The notes beneath the pieces were generated by a model. That model had not been told where the DNA came from, searched no databases, and was given only the letters and a program-made list of their open reading frames with translations. A program made the position numbers and the translations under genes. Shown here one piece after another: positions 62,440-64,000 of a stretch of DNA of 64,000 nt. The stretch lies in contig CM052817.1 of NCBI GenBank assembly GCA_028534125.1, positions 101,558,001-101,622,000 on the forward strand, written 5' to 3'. Origin of the DNA: Lama glama (lineage: Eukaryota). Each line of letters begins with the position of its first letter. Position 1 is the stretch's first letter.

Positions 62440-63560
62440 TTATTGTCTCTGTGTAGTTTTGTTATAATGTCATACTCCTGAATTTTCTCATGTTAGAAAT
62501 TCACGGGGAACTTTGTTTTTGGTGGTTACATAATGTTCCATCATTTAGCTGTGCCCATAATCCAGACCGCTCTCCTGCAGTTGGACTTTAAAGTCATTTT
62601 GCAACTTTGACTTTTCATAAATAACACTATGATGAGCTGTTTTGTTGTTAAGTCTTGCCTGAATACCTGGTACATCCTTCCCCTGGACTTCCCGAAATAG
62701 AATTAAAGAGGATCAGCTGGGAAGGCCCCTCGTGCGAGCTGCCAGCTTGCTTTCCAGAAAGGTGGAGCAGATTTCCCCTCACACGCGGTGTACGAGAAGG
62801 ATCATTTTACTCTGGTCTCAGCAGCACGGTTATTTTTTTTGACAAAGTCTTGGTCAGTGTGATAGGTAAACAGTTGTCTTGCTTCACATCTCAATTTGCA
62901 TCTCATACTAGGGGAAAGTAAGCATTTTCCTTCATTGTTTTGTAAAATGCTGAAAAACAGAAGCAACAAATCATGCATCCATGATCTCACCATGGACTCT
63001 TGAAGAATTTTTTTTTTTAAAGTAAGTTAAGCAGTAAATGTCCAACCGGGTGTCACTGGCCCCGCTCAGAGGCACACACCGTTAGGTATGCTGCCTCCCC
63101 AGCCCTGCCTCCTGTTTGCAGCACAGACACTCCATGTAAACACACTTTGTGGTTTTAAAGCCAAAATGGAAAGATGAGGCACTTGTCTATGATCTGTCTT
63201 TCCTAAAAACATACTTTATTATTAAATATTTTGAACAAACTCTTCATGTTTTGGGCCTTTTCTCTTTCTTTTGTGAATTTGCATTTCATGTCCTTTGCCC
63301 ACTTTTCTAGTGAATGTTAGTGTTTTTCCCTTGTGTTCTGTTAAGAACATGGGTGATGGTATTAACTCTACCAGATAGTAACAGCAGATCTTTTTCTTTG
63401 TTTGCCCTGTCCCTCTTTTTTTTTTATTTGCTTTGACTTGTATGCAGTGGCTTTAACAATACCTTTGTGCAGTCAGCCTGTGATTGCTCTTTGATTTCTT
63501 CCTTTGCTTTTATCAGTAAAGCTTCGTAAATCGTATTTCCCACCCTGTGGCCAGTTGAAT
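62440..63560 (-). mobile_element. Ancient L1M fragments
   Basis: Degenerate ORF2/3'UTR motifs such as tttcatgtcctttgcccacttttcta. Confidence 0.5.
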
Positions 63561-64000
63561 TGTCCCTCCTGCAGGGAGATCAGAGAACTTAGTTCAGACA
63601 GTTCAACAGTGGTGGAGATAACAGCCCAGTCTTCTGTAAACTGCTTGCTGTGCGTCGGGTAATTTAATGCTCACAGCCGTCTTCTGAGGAAGAAACCGAG
63701 GCAGAGAGAGGCTGTCTCCTACCCGAGATTCCGCAGCACGTCAGCACCGAGGTTCAGACCAGGCGGTCTGGCCTCAGAGATGGTGTCTCAATTTCAAGTC
63801 TACGTGGACTCTTTCAGTTTCCTGGTTAGTCCCGCCTCCCCGCGTGGGACCCCTCCCTCCCAGGAAACAGAGAGTCCACTGTCCCTTCATCCTCCCTCCC
63901 GCGTCTTGACGAGTCTGTGGCTCTAGTTCTCCCAGTCTGCGTTCCCCTCTGTCCCACCACTGCCGGCCTGGTCTCCCCCAGCTGCCTCGGGCCGGGGTCC

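Noticed and set aside
1..64000. Prokaryotic-type systems (CRISPR arrays, operons) and snoRNA/miRNA genes
   Set aside because: The sequence is mammalian intron/exon DNA with no repeat-spacer array, and I saw no convincing ncRNA; an Rfam scan is needed to exclude ncRNA

Overview
Mammalian genomic DNA, almost certainly a camelid (alpaca, llama or camel), judged from 17 copies of a tRNA-derived Vic-1-type SINE. The window lies inside TMEM131L (KIAA0922) on the + strand. I traced 23 internal coding exons (2642-57210, 3229 nt). All are GT-AG bounded and phase-compatible, and they match my recollection of human exons 4-26; the start and stop codons lie outside the window. The introns hold SINE, L1, L2, MIR and MER-type DNA-transposon remnants and two 500-N assembly gaps. 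Two things stand out. (1) There is a candidate degraded multi-exon protein-coding gene nested antisense in the 19-kb intron (about 22507 down to 16280), with phase-consistent splice junctions and an internal repeat. (2) Exon 25 is an extreme GC/CpG island (GC3 about 96% over its first 116 codons) with Ala/Gly/Pro-biased rewriting and in-frame shortening, suggestive of a local GC-biased gene conversion hotspot. Exon numbers, human comparisons and repeat family names come from memory, not from a database search. Repeat boundaries are approximate.
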